From an uncultured Solirubrobacterales bacterium (GTDB lineage: Bacteria; Actinomycetota; Thermoleophilia; Solirubrobacterales; Solirubrobacteraceae): a stretch of 64,000 nucleotides of DNA. Shown one piece after another: positions 40,152 to 50,354 of the stretch. The notes under the pieces are model-generated. The model was not told the origin of the DNA and did not search any database. It saw only the letters and a program-made list of their open reading frames with translations. How positions within the stretch are numbered: position 1 is the first letter of the stretch; the number at the start of each line of letters is the position of its first letter. Made by a program: the position numbers and the translations under genes. The stretch spans positions 13,292 through 77,291 of the forward strand of contig CAWGIH010000004.1 in NCBI GenBank assembly GCA_963822625.1, written 5' to 3'.

Positions 40152-43100
40152 ATGGCTGAGGTAACCTCTCGTCGCCGGATCTCCACGCCACGGGCCGTGC
40201 TCGCGGTCGCGGTGCTGGGGAGCTTCATGGCGTTCGTCGACGCGACGATCGTCAACATCGCGGTGCCGAACATCGCACACCATTTCTCCGGCTCGCGGCT
40301 GTCGAGCGTGTCGTGGGTGCTCAACGCATACAACATCGTGTTCGCGGCGTTCCTCGTCGGTGGCGGTCAGCTCGCCGATCTGCTTGGCCGCCGGCGCGTG
40401 TTCTCCTCAGCGCTGCTCCTGTTCACGCTCGCATCCGCCGTGTGCGCGGTGGCGCCGTCCCTGAACGTGCTGATCGCCGCCCGCATCCTCCAAGCGGCGG
40501 GCGCCGCGGCGCTGGTGCCCAGCTCACTGGCGATCGTGCTCGAGTCGCGAGCGGAGCGTGAGCGCATGCACGCGGTCGCGCTGTGGGCGGCTGTCGCGGC
40601 GCTGGCCGCCGGCATCGGCCCTCCGCTCGGCGGCCTCTTGATCACGGCCTCGAGTTGGCGGCTCGTATTCCTGGTGAACATCCCGGTGGGTCTGCTCGCG
40701 TTCTTGCTCGCCCGGCGGGTCCTGGTCGAGAGCCGAGCACCCGGTCGCCGGCACATGCCGGACCTGCTGGGCGGAGTTGTGCTGGCGCTGGCGATCGCCT
40801 CGCTCGTGCTGGCGGTCGTCAAGGGTCAGGAATGGGGCTGGGGTGGCGGCCGTGTGATCGGGGCGTTCCTCGCGGCCCTGTTGCTGGGCTCCTATTTCGT
40901 GCTGCGCTCCGGTCGTCACCGCGCGCCGGTGATCGATCTCTCGCTGCTGCGGATCCGCGCGTTCGCGCTGTCCAACGGGGTCACGGTCGTGATGGCCGGC
41001 GGCTTCTATGCCTACACACTGTGCAACGTCCTGTTCCTGACGGGCGTCTGGCGCTACTCGATCCTCACCGCCGGCCTGGCGCTGATGCCGGGGCCGTTCA
41101 CGGCGATGGCGGTGGCCGGCCCGGCCAGCCGCCTGGTCGAACGGGTGGGTCATCGCCCGATCGTCGTCCCCGGCGCAGTGGTGTGGGCCGGCGGCATGGC
41201 GTGGTTCGCCACGCGGCTCGGCGTGAGACCCGAATTCCTCGGCGAGTGGCTGCCCGGGATGGTGATCCTCGGCGTCGGCGCCGGGCTGACGTTCCCGACG
41301 TTGAGCGGCGCCGCGGTCGGCTCGGTGCCCGGGCCGCGGTTCGCGGTGGCGACGTCGTTGAACTCCGTCGCGCGTCAGGTGGGCGCCGCACTCGGGGTGG
41401 CGATCCTGATCGCGATCCTCGGCAATCCGCCGGACATCAGCCACGCAACGCCACTGCAGCTGCGCGAACTCGCGCTGGCTGAGCTGCGCCACTTCCAGCA
41501 TGGCTGGCTGTTCGCGGGCGCGTGCTTCCTCGCCGGTTCGCTGGCGTGCCTGGGCCTGGTCGTGGCGCGCCCGAGAGAGGACGCGCAGAGTGAGAGCAGC
41601 GGCGACGCTACCGGCGATGCAGAGGGTCTCTTCGCAGAGCAGCCGGTCGGCCTGGAGTTGCCGAGCCTCGCGGAGTCCAGCGGTGAACAGCCGGCGATGT
41701 CGCCGCAAACCGTCGCGGAGTTCCTGTGCAACGTTCCCGTCTTTGCCGGGCTCTCGGCGGAGATGCTCGATCGGATCGGAGCGCTCGCGAGCGATGTGGG
41801 CCTGCGTCGAGGGGAGTGGCTGTTCCGAGAGGGCGAGCCCGCGGATGGGGTGTACGTCGTGCGCGTCGGTCACCTGGAGGTCGTGCAAGCGGCGCAAGCG
41901 GGACAGCACGGCCCCGAGTCCGAGACGATCAACACGCTGAGCAGAGGAGCCGTGTTGGGAGAGCTGGCGTTGCTGAGCGAGACGGTGCGCAGCGCCTCGA
42001 TTCGCGCGCTGCGCGACACGGAGCTGTTGAAGATCGAGAAGGCTCACTTCGACTCGCTGCTGCAAGCAGAGCCCGAGCTGGCATTGAGCTTGACGCGTGT
42101 GTTGAGCGTCCAGCTGCAGGCCAGCCGCGCGATCCCGGTGGCCCGGCGCGCACGGCCGGTGACGATCGCGCTGCGCGCAATCGGGCCAGAGGTCCCGCTG
42201 CTCGACTTGGCCGACGAGCTGAGCCGCGCGATGTGCGAGTGGGGCAAGGTCGCTGTTGTGTATCCGGGGGAGCTCGGCGCGGCGAGCGGCGATGGCGGCT
42301 CACGCACACCGGCGGCCGGGAGCAGCGAGACCCGCGCGTCGGCAAGCGCGCGGTTTGGTCCGCTGATCGAGCGCTGCGAGCTCGATCACGACCACGTGAT
42401 CATGGTGTGCGGTGAAAGCGAGTGGGACGAGTTCTGCCTCTCGCGCGCCGATCGCGTGCTCGCGGTTGTGAGCGGAGCGACCGACCCGGAGCAGCTCGCC
42501 GGCCTTGCCGGCGAGGATGGCCCACTGGTCACGCTGCGCGGGTGCGATCTCGTGGGCTACGGAGTCCGGCCTGGCTCCGGCGGCCTGGCCGAGTGGATCG
42601 AGCGACTGGCGCCGGCCGGCACGTTTGCGATCTCCGCCGGTGGCGAGCGTCGCGGGGATCTCGAACGCATGGCGCGCCGGCTGGCGGGGAGGTCTGTGGG
42701 CGTTGTGTTGAGCGGCGGCGGTGCACGGGCATTTGCCCACCTCGGCGTGCTCGACGTCCTGCTGGACGCCGGGATGCGGGTCGACCGCGTCGGCGGTGTG
42801 AGCATGGGCGCGTTCATCGGCGGCCTGCTGGCCGCGGGTCACGACAGCGCGATGATCGACGCCTGCTGTTACGAGGAGTGGGTACGGCGCAACCCGATCA
42901 ACGACTACACGCTGCCGCGTAGCGCGCTGATCAAGGGCCACAAGGCCGAAGCGATGCTCGAGCGCGCCTTTGGCGACGTGCGCCTGGAGGAGCTCGCCCG
43001 AGTGTTCTACTGCGCGAGCGTCAACCTGCGCGGCAACCGGTTGGTGATCGACCGTCACGGTCCGATGACCGAGGCGGTCGGCGCCAGCATCTCGCTGCCC

Positions 43101-43580
43101 TTGATCGCGCCGCCGATGCGTCGCGAGAGGGAACTGCTGATCGACGGCTCGCTGCTCGACAACCTGCCGCTGGAGCCGATGAGCGCCAGCGGCGAGGGAC
43201 CCGTCTTGGCGATCGACATCAAGGGCGGCGAGGAGCGTCTCGAGCGGGCAGGGGCTCCGTCGCCGGAGGACTCCTCCGCGAGCGAGCGATCGTCGCCGAG
43301 CGAGCGTCCCGTGCGCCTGCCTTCGCTGCCGGAGACGATGGCACGCATCGCCCTGCTCTCGAGCGCCAACACAGACGAGGCCGCGCGCCGGCACGCTGAC
43401 ATGACGATCCGCGTGCGGGTGCAAGGCGTCGGTCTGCTGGAGTTCCACCAGATCGACGAGGCACGCGCGGCCGGTCGGCGGGCCGCCGAGTCAGCGCTAC
43501 AGGATGCGCCTGAGTGGCTGTTGGGAGCTCTGACGAGGCCGGCTGACCACGCGGGGCGGCGCACCGTCGTGCGGGTGTGA
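40152..43580 (+). CDS. DHA2 MFS transporter fused to a cNMP-binding domain and patatin phospholipase
   Basis: DATIVNIA, GQLADLLGRRRVF, WRLVFLVNIPVG; LFREGEPAD..GELALL..RSASIRA; GGGARAFAH, GVSMG, DGSLLDNLP. Confidence 0.93.
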   Translation: MAEVTSRRRISTPRAVLAVAVLGSFMAFVDATIVNIAVPNIAHHFSGSRLSSVSWVLNAYNIVFAAFLVGGGQLADLLGRRRVFSSALLLFTLASAVCAVAPSLNVLIAARILQAAGAAALVPSSLAIVLESRAERERMHAVALWAAVAALAAGIGPPLGGLLITASSWRLVFLVNIPVGLLAFLLARRVLVESRAPGRRHMPDLLGGVVLALAIASLVLAVVKGQEWGWGGGRVIGAFLAALLLGSYFVLRSGRHRAPVIDLSLLRIRAFALSNGVTVVMAGGFYAYTLCNVLFLTGVWRYSILTAGLALMPGPFTAMAVAGPASRLVERVGHRPIVVPGAVVWAGGMAWFATRLGVRPEFLGEWLPGMVILGVGAGLTFPTLSGAAVGSVPGPRFAVATSLNSVARQVGAALGVAILIAILGNPPDISHATPLQLRELALAELRHFQHGWLFAGACFLAGSLACLGLVVARPREDAQSESSGDATGDAEGLFAEQPVGLELPSLAESSGEQPAMSPQTVAEFLCNVPVFAGLSAEMLDRIGALASDVGLRRGEWLFREGEPADGVYVVRVGHLEVVQAAQAGQHGPESETINTLSRGAVLGELALLSETVRSASIRALRDTELLKIEKAHFDSLLQAEPELALSLTRVLSVQLQASRAIPVARRARPVTIALRAIGPEVPLLDLADELSRAMCEWGKVAVVYPGELGAASGDGGSRTPAAGSSETRASASARFGPLIERCELDHDHVIMVCGESEWDEFCLSRADRVLAVVSGATDPEQLAGLAGEDGPLVTLRGCDLVGYGVRPGSGGLAEWIERLAPAGTFAISAGGERRGDLERMARRLAGRSVGVVLSGGGARAFAHLGVLDVLLDAGMRVDRVGGVSMGAFIGGLLAAGHDSAMIDACCYEEWVRRNPINDYTLPRSALIKGHKAEAMLERAFGDVRLEELARVFYCASVNLRGNRLVIDRHGPMTEAVGASISLPLIAPPMRRERELLIDGSLLDNLPLEPMSASGEGPVLAIDIKGGEERLERAGAPSPEDSSASERSSPSERPVRLPSLPETMARIALLSSANTDEAARRHADMTIRVRVQGVGLLEFHQIDEARAAGRRAAESALQDAPEWLLGALTRPADHAGRRTVVRV

Positions 43581-43636
43581 GAGGCCACCCGCGGACTCGA
43601 CTCGGCGCGCGTCAGGGCGCCATGGCTTGGCGTCGG

Positions 43637-46585
43637 CTAGGGCGCCTTGGCTAGGTATTTGTGTCCGATCTTGACCTCCACGCGCTTGTGGTTGACTAGG
43701 TTCGTGACCGCCACCTTGTCGCGGGTGACCTTGATCAGAGTTCCGTCGCACAGGTCCTCGGTCAGCCATTCTGTCCCTTGCACCGCTCCGGCGGCGTAGT
43801 TACCCTTGGTGGAGAATTTTCCGTGCGCGTTGGCCCATAGTTTGCGCACGACGTGAGCACCCGACGCGGCTGCGGCGCGCGCCTGGACAGAGCCGACACG
43901 GGCGATGTGACTGCGCTCCCGCTTGGTCGGGCAGATCGAGAAGTTCCCACCGGTCAGTTCAGCTACGACGACTCCGTTGGCGCCCTGTCTGAGGATGAAC
44001 TCACCACTGAAGAACTCCCCCGTCTGGGTCTTACCGCCGGGCTCAGCCGTCGTGACGCTCACCGTCCCGTTCGTTGCTTGGATGATCGACCCGACGGGGA
44101 GCTGCCGCAGAAAAGACAGCGAGACAAATTTGTTGGTTCCCGGTAGCTTCACGAGCACGGTCCCGGAGACCGGCGCCACGTTGCCGGTCTTTGCGAGTAC
44201 GGGCGGCGGCACGAGCAGTGGAGGGATCGAGACGATCGGGGTGAGGAGGGTTGCTACCTTGGCGGCTGGCCCGCCGCCGGATCCACCGCCGCCGCCTGCC
44301 TTTTTTTCTTCGGGTGGCGGGGATTCGTAGCAGGACCATGTGAATGCGTTATCGGGATCGGCCGGGTACGCATACGAGGCAACGCCCGGGTACTGCACGC
44401 GACAGAGGTCGTTCATGCTCGGAGCCGGACCGGTAGGCGTGATTTCCACGTCCGTGCCGCCACCGGTGACGCAGGCCCAGTTTTTGTAGGCGTATTCCGG
44501 GCCTTCGACGGAGCCTCTCAGAAATGTCGTCGCACCTGCACCATTTCCGCTGTCGCCGAGACTCACGCAGTAGCCGGCGACGTTCATGCCACCGAGCAGT
44601 TTCGGCGGGACGGACACGTACTTGAAGTGATGGAGCGCGCTCTTTTCTGACGTTCCCGAGTCCGTCGTGACGGTCACTTCCACCGTGCCTACCCCTCCCG
44701 GTGAGGTAGCCGTGATCGAACCGGCGGAGTTCACCCGGACGTGTGACGCGGGACTGGCTCCAAACATCACGGTGGCCCCTTCGATAAAGCCACTGCCGGT
44801 GACTTCCACTTCCGTGCCGCCGGCCTCAGAGCCGCTGTTCGGATTTACCCCCGTCACGGTGGGCGTGACGGCTCGGGCGAACTCGGAGATCGAGCTTTTG
44901 TTTTCGCCCGCGACATAGACGTTCGTGCCGTCCGGGCTGACGACCGCGAGAAACGCGGTCTTGAGTCCGACCGCTTTGCTGGTGGAGCAGCCCGACGCGG
45001 CTTCGGTGATGCATTCGTACGGTGTTTCGAGCTGGGTCAATTCTCCCGTACTCGGATTACGGGTGAACGCGGCGATCGCGTTGTTTAATTCCCCCGTCGC
45101 ATAGAGGTTCGAGCCGTCAGGGCTGATGGCGATGCCGAACGGCCCCTGAATGCCCTTGGCCGACTCACAATGTTCGGGCGTTGTGGCTTCGCTGCTGACA
45201 CAGGTGTTTGGGGCTGCGAGCTGCGTTAGTCCCCCGGATGGTTCGCGAGAGAACTCGAGCACCGCGTTGAAATTGAACGAGTTTGCGTAGACGTTGTGCC
45301 CGTCCGGGCTCACGATGATTTCCGCGGGCCCGTACATGTCGATCACGTGGCTGCAGCCGGCTACTGTTTCAGTGGTCAGACAGGCGTTTGCCCCTCCGAG
45401 CTGTTTCAGTGCGCCTTCGGCCGGATTGCGTTCCAGCTCGGCGACGTCGCCGCCGCTTTCCCCGACCGCGGCCACGTAGACATTCGCGCCATCCGGGCTC
45501 ACGGCCAGGCTGCTCGCCTGCTCGAGACCGGAGGCAGTCACGGTGCCGCATTTGCTTTTGGCGTCGCTGCTGATGCATTCGTTCGGCGAGGCGAGCGGGC
45601 TCAATTCGCCGGTGGCCGTGTCGCGGGCGAACTCGGCCACCGCCGATTCTAGATAGGACGTCACATAGACGTTCTTTTCATCAGGGCTCACCGTGACCTC
45701 ACCAGGGCCTTCCAGGCCGTGGACTCCCCCGGTGCATCCTGCCAACGCAGCATGGACGATGCATCCGGTCTCCGTCAGCAGACCAGTTTCCGGGTTGCGG
45801 CTGAAGGTGACGAGTGCGCTTTCCAGCGTCGTGGTCACGTAGACGTTGGCGCCGTTGGGGCTTACCTTGACGATTTCCGGCGCGTTCATCGCCTTTGCTT
45901 CGGAGACGTCATTTTCCGGGGAGCACACGGTTGTGCCACCGGTCACGCAGCCGATCTCGGTCAGCGCGCCCGTCGCCTGGTTGCGCGAGAACTCGACCAG
46001 GGCGCCGCTTTCCCCTTTAGATGGTCCGCGGCATACACGTTGCGAGCGTCAGGACTGATCGCGATGCCCTTGATACGTTCGAGACCGGACGGGATCAGCG
46101 TCCCGCAACTGAGGCCGTTGACCAGGACGCTAACGCAGTTGAACGGGCTTTCCAGCTGCCTGAGCGAGCCGGTGCCGCGCGTCGCGGTGTACGTGCCGCT
46201 GGTGGCGTTGCTGTCGTGGGCAGCTCCCGACCACGACAGACCGTCGGCGGACACGGTAAGCGTTGCTTCTGCTTTGTAGACCCCATTGGTGCTCTGGAAG
46301 GTGAAGGTGTTGCCGGTCAGGGTGCCCGAGATGGTTTCCGTCGCGTTCGTGCCGGTCACCACTTCCGAGCCTTTGACCTGCGCCAGTTTGTCCGTGGCGG
46401 GGAAGTTGCTTCCCGCACACGAGCCTGTTTCGCAGTGGTAGTTGGCCGACCACGTCCCCGTCAGGTTGAGCGCTGCAGAGGCCGAGGCGCAGCTGACTAG
46501 GCTCAGCAGTGCCACGGCCGCGCACGTCGTGACCCGTCGGGGACAACGTCCAAGTAATCCGATGAGGGTTCTTGCGGTTAGCATC
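43637..46585 (-). CDS. Secreted multidomain protein: beta-propeller repeats, IPT/TIG, Cys domain, C-terminal FecR-like domain (frameshift near 46020)
   Basis: Signal-like VALLSLVSCASASA; about 7 [VI]SPDGxNVY repeats; PTVTGVNPNSGSEAGGTEVEVTGSGF (IPT); GKFSTKGNYAAGAVQGTEW..TLIKVTRDKVAV. Confidence 0.8.
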
Positions 46586-46627
46586 GGCGCGTGACCCGGC
46601 GAGCATATATGACCGGAAGCGGCTGAC

Positions 46628-48463
46628 GTGGGCAGAGCGGCGTGGCAAACACGCAAGAGGACGCTGCTGATCGCAGTGGCAATCGCGGCTGCGGGGATTG
46701 GCGTCGCCGCATACGCAACCAACCTGCTGCGACGTAGCGAGCTGCAGACGATCGACGCGCGGTTCTCTATCCGGGGCAAGCAGGCGCCACCCTCCAACAT
46801 TGTGCTCGTCGCGATCGACCCAACCACCCAACAGGAACTTAGAGATCACCAGTTGCCGTCGGAGTTCCCGTTTCCGCGCCGCTATTACGCGCAGGTCATC
46901 GACAACCTGCGCAAGGACGGCGCGAAGGTGATCGCCGTCGACATCGAATTCACACACCCGACTAGCGAAAGAGAAGACAACACGCTGTTCGAAGCGATCG
47001 GTCGAGCTCGCGGCAAAACGGTGCTCGGCACAGAAGAAGTCGCAAAGGGAGGCCGCACCGAAGTGCTCGGCGGCAGTCAAAATCTGCGTGAAGCCGGCGC
47101 ACGAGCAGCCTACGTGGGGCTACCTGAGGACTCCGACGGCGTGATTCGACGTTTCCCTTATGCCTTCAACAGACTTCACAGCTTCGCGGTGATCGCTGCC
47201 GAAGAGGCCACCGGACACCCCATCCCAGCCGCACATTTCGAAAGCGGAACGCTGCCGATCGACTTCGCTGGATCAGCGGGAACAGTCAGGACAATCTCTT
47301 TCTATCGGGTACTCAAAGACCAGCTCTCATCAGGTTCGGTAAGCGGGGACGTCGTGATCGTGGGAGCCACATCCCACGTTCTCCAGGACATCCACGCCAC
47401 AGCAACAAGCGAAGGAATGCCCGGCCCCGAAATCGCAGCAAATGCAACATCCACGCTCTTGCAGGGTGTGCCGCTCAGAGACGCACCGGGTTGGCTGAAC
47501 CTGATCCTGATCGTGCTCATGGGATTGGTGGTCCCGTTGGGCAGTCTGCGTGTCCGCCCACGCCGCGCGCTGCTGTCTTCGCTCGCCCTGGCGATCGCGT
47601 TCACGATCGCCGTCCAGGTCTCATTCAATTCGGGATTGATCGTCGGCTTCGTCTATCCCCTGCTAGCCCTTGCCTTCGGCACGTTGGGGACGCTTGGCGT
47701 CCTGTACATGAGTGCGACGATCGAGCGGGCTCGCGTGCACGATCTGTTCGCGCGTTTCGTGCCGGCGGATGTGGTCGACCAGGTCGTGGCAAGCACCGGG
47801 GAGGATCTGCGGCTGGGTGGGGTGGAGCGCGACTGCACGATCCTGTTCAGCGACCTGCGCGGGTTCACGAGCTTCTCCGAGAGTCAGTCGCCGGAGCACG
47901 TGATCGCGGTCGTCAACTACTACCTGAACGAGATGACCGAGGCGATCCTCGCCGCCGGAGGGACGCTGATCGCCTACATGGGCGACGGGATCATGGCGGC
48001 GTTTGGCGCCCCGCTCGAGCAGGACGACCACGCCGACCGGGCGCTACGGGCGGCGCGCGAGATGCTCGGGCCACGCCTGGAGCACTTCAACGATTGGCTG
48101 GCCGAGCAGGGCCACGAAAGCGGCTTCGCGATGGGGGTGGGGCTGAACAGCGGCCCGGTGATGGCCGGCAACGTCGGCTCTGAGCAGCGCGTCGAGTACA
48201 CGACTATCGGCGATACCACCAACACCGCCTCGCGGCTAGAGGGCATGACGAAGGGCTCGGGGCACATGCTGTTCGTCTCCGACACCACCCGAGAGCGCCT
48301 GAAGCAAGTACCCGAAAGTCTCATTCTTGTCGGCGAGCTCGAGGTCCGCGGGCGCGTGGAGCCCGTGCCCGTGTGGACAATCGCCGGACCCGGCGAGAGC
48401 ACGGCCCCCGTCGGGCATGTGGCAGCCGAGGACGCGCCGACTGGCCCGGCGGGTACGAGCTAG
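46628..48463 (+). CDS. CHASE2-domain class III adenylate/guanylate cyclase
   Basis: IVLVAID, FPFPRRYYA, DSDGVIRR, MPGPEI; 3 TM helices; TILFSDLRGFTSFSE, YMGDGIMA, YTTIGDTTNTASRLE. Confidence 0.95.
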   Translation: MGRAAWQTRKRTLLIAVAIAAAGIGVAAYATNLLRRSELQTIDARFSIRGKQAPPSNIVLVAIDPTTQQELRDHQLPSEFPFPRRYYAQVIDNLRKDGAKVIAVDIEFTHPTSEREDNTLFEAIGRARGKTVLGTEEVAKGGRTEVLGGSQNLREAGARAAYVGLPEDSDGVIRRFPYAFNRLHSFAVIAAEEATGHPIPAAHFESGTLPIDFAGSAGTVRTISFYRVLKDQLSSGSVSGDVVIVGATSHVLQDIHATATSEGMPGPEIAANATSTLLQGVPLRDAPGWLNLILIVLMGLVVPLGSLRVRPRRALLSSLALAIAFTIAVQVSFNSGLIVGFVYPLLALAFGTLGTLGVLYMSATIERARVHDLFARFVPADVVDQVVASTGEDLRLGGVERDCTILFSDLRGFTSFSESQSPEHVIAVVNYYLNEMTEAILAAGGTLIAYMGDGIMAAFGAPLEQDDHADRALRAAREMLGPRLEHFNDWLAEQGHESGFAMGVGLNSGPVMAGNVGSEQRVEYTTIGDTTNTASRLEGMTKGSGHMLFVSDTTRERLKQVPESLILVGELEVRGRVEPVPVWTIAGPGESTAPVGHVAAEDAPTGPAGTS

Positions 48464-49396
48464 GGCACGAGCACGAGCTTGCGGTGCGAGCCCGCGGCCA
48501 GGCGCTCCCAGGCCTCGGCCACCTGCTCGAGCGGGATCCGGTCGACGTCCACGACGATCTCCCCGCGCGCCGCCAGCCTCGGCCATTCGCCGTAGGCCTC
48601 GCGCTTGACCTCGGGCGGGGCGGCGAAGTTCGTGTGGCCCATCAGCACGAGCATCTTCCCGCGGATCGGCGCCGAGGGAATCGTCGCCTCCGCGCCGGCG
48701 CCGGCGCCGATCTGCACGAGCCGCGCGCCGAAGCTCGCCGCGTTCACAGCCGCGACGAACGGCTCGCCGAACAGCGGATCGAGCACGACGTCGATTCGAT
48801 CCTCGGCGGCCTCGCGCATGAACGCCGCCGGAAGGTCGTCGGGCTCGCCCAAGCGGACGGCGGCGTCGGCGCCGAGCGCGAGGCAGCGCTCCAGCCCTTC
48901 GGCTGAGCGCGCCGCGGCGACCACCCGCGCCGCGCCGAGCAGCTTCGCGGCCTGCACCGCGATCTGCCCGAGCACGCCACTGGCGCCGAGCACGAGCACG
49001 TGCTCCCCGGGCTGCAACGTCGGCGCGCCAGGTGAGCGCAAGCCACGCGGCGAGCCCGGAGATCCCGAGCGCCACGGCGACGCCCTCGTCGAGCCCGTCG
49101 GGCAGTGGATAGGTGGAGCCGGGATCGACCAGCGCGCGCTCGGCCATCGAGCCGAAGGGCGCGATCGGCGCGTCGAAGTAGACGCGCTCCCCGTCGAGCG
49201 TGCCGACGCCCTCGCGCCCGGCGACCGACGGCAGCGGCGGCTTGCCGGCATAGAAGCGCCCCGCGCAGATCGCGACATCGACGGGGTTGAGCCCGGCGGC
49301 GAGCACCTCCACGACCGCTTGGCCGTCGCCGGCCGCGGGCTCCTCGAACTCCCCGGGGCTCGGCACTCCGTACTCGTGCAGGACGGCGGCTCTCAT
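48460..49396 (-). CDS. MDR/quinone oxidoreductase-like protein (frameshifted)
   Basis: [39 protein letters not shown]. Confidence 0.88.
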
Positions 49397-49408
49397 CGGT
49401 GTCTCCCC

Positions 49409-50258
49409 TCAGCGGCCGAGCACGAACGTATCCGGATCCGGGCCCGATGCGCTTGCCGGCGTCGAGCTCGCGATTCGCCTCCATCTCCTCGCGCTGAGAG
49501 CTCGAAGTCGAAGACGTCGAAGTTCGTCTCGATGCGCTCGGGGGTGACCGACTTCGGGATCACGACGTTGCCGAGCTGCAGGTGCCAGCGGATGATCGCC
49601 TGCGCCGGTGTCTTCGCGTGGGCCTCGGCGATCTCGACGATCGCGGGGTCTTCGAGCTCCATGCCCTGGCCGAGCGGGCTCCACGCCTCGGTGACGATGT
49701 CGAGCTCGTCGTGCTCGTGACGCAGGCCGGCTCTGCTGGAAGTGCGGGTGCAGCTCGACCTGGTTGATCGCCGGGGACGACGCCGGTCTCCGCGAGATCC
49801 GTTCGAGATGCTCGGGCTGGAAGTTGGAGACGCCGATCGCGCGCACGAGCCCTTCGGCCTGCAGCTCGATGAACGCCTGCCAGGTCTCCACGTAGAGGTC
49901 GTGCGAGGGCACCGGCCAGTGGATCAGGTAGAGGTCGATGTGTTCGAGCTCGAGGCGCTCGAGGCTGGCCTTGAAGGCCCGCTTGGCCTTGCTTGTAGCC
50001 GTGGTCGTCGTTGAAGCACTTGGTCGTGACGAAGATCTCGCCGCGGTCGATGCCCGAGGCGTGGATCGCCTGGCCGACGGCGCCCTCGTTTTTGTACGCC
50101 GCGGCGGTGTCGAGGTGGCGGTAGCCGGCCTCGAGCGCGCGGGCGACGACCTCCTCGGTTTCCTTCGGCGGCACCTGAAAGACGCCGAAGCCGAGCTGGG
50201 GGATCTCGACATCGGGCCGCAGCGTGATGCGGGGGATCTGGTCGGTTGTGCTGGTCAT
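49409..50258 (-). CDS. Aldo/keto reductase, DkgA-like (frameshifted)
   Basis: [56 protein letters not shown]. Confidence 0.93.
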
Positions 50259-50354
50259 ATGCTGGCTGTTGCCCTGGTTGGGCCTTGGTCAAACGTCTAG
50301 CACCCACGTGGTCGGGCAACGATGTGGCCGGGCTCCCCAGCGGCTCCGCAAACG

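Noticed and set aside
40524-43448. Long antisense ORFs (e.g. 40524-42065, 42300-43448, 8632-10011, 33329-34594)
   Set aside because: These are expected shadows of high-GC3 genes on the opposite strand and have no motifs.
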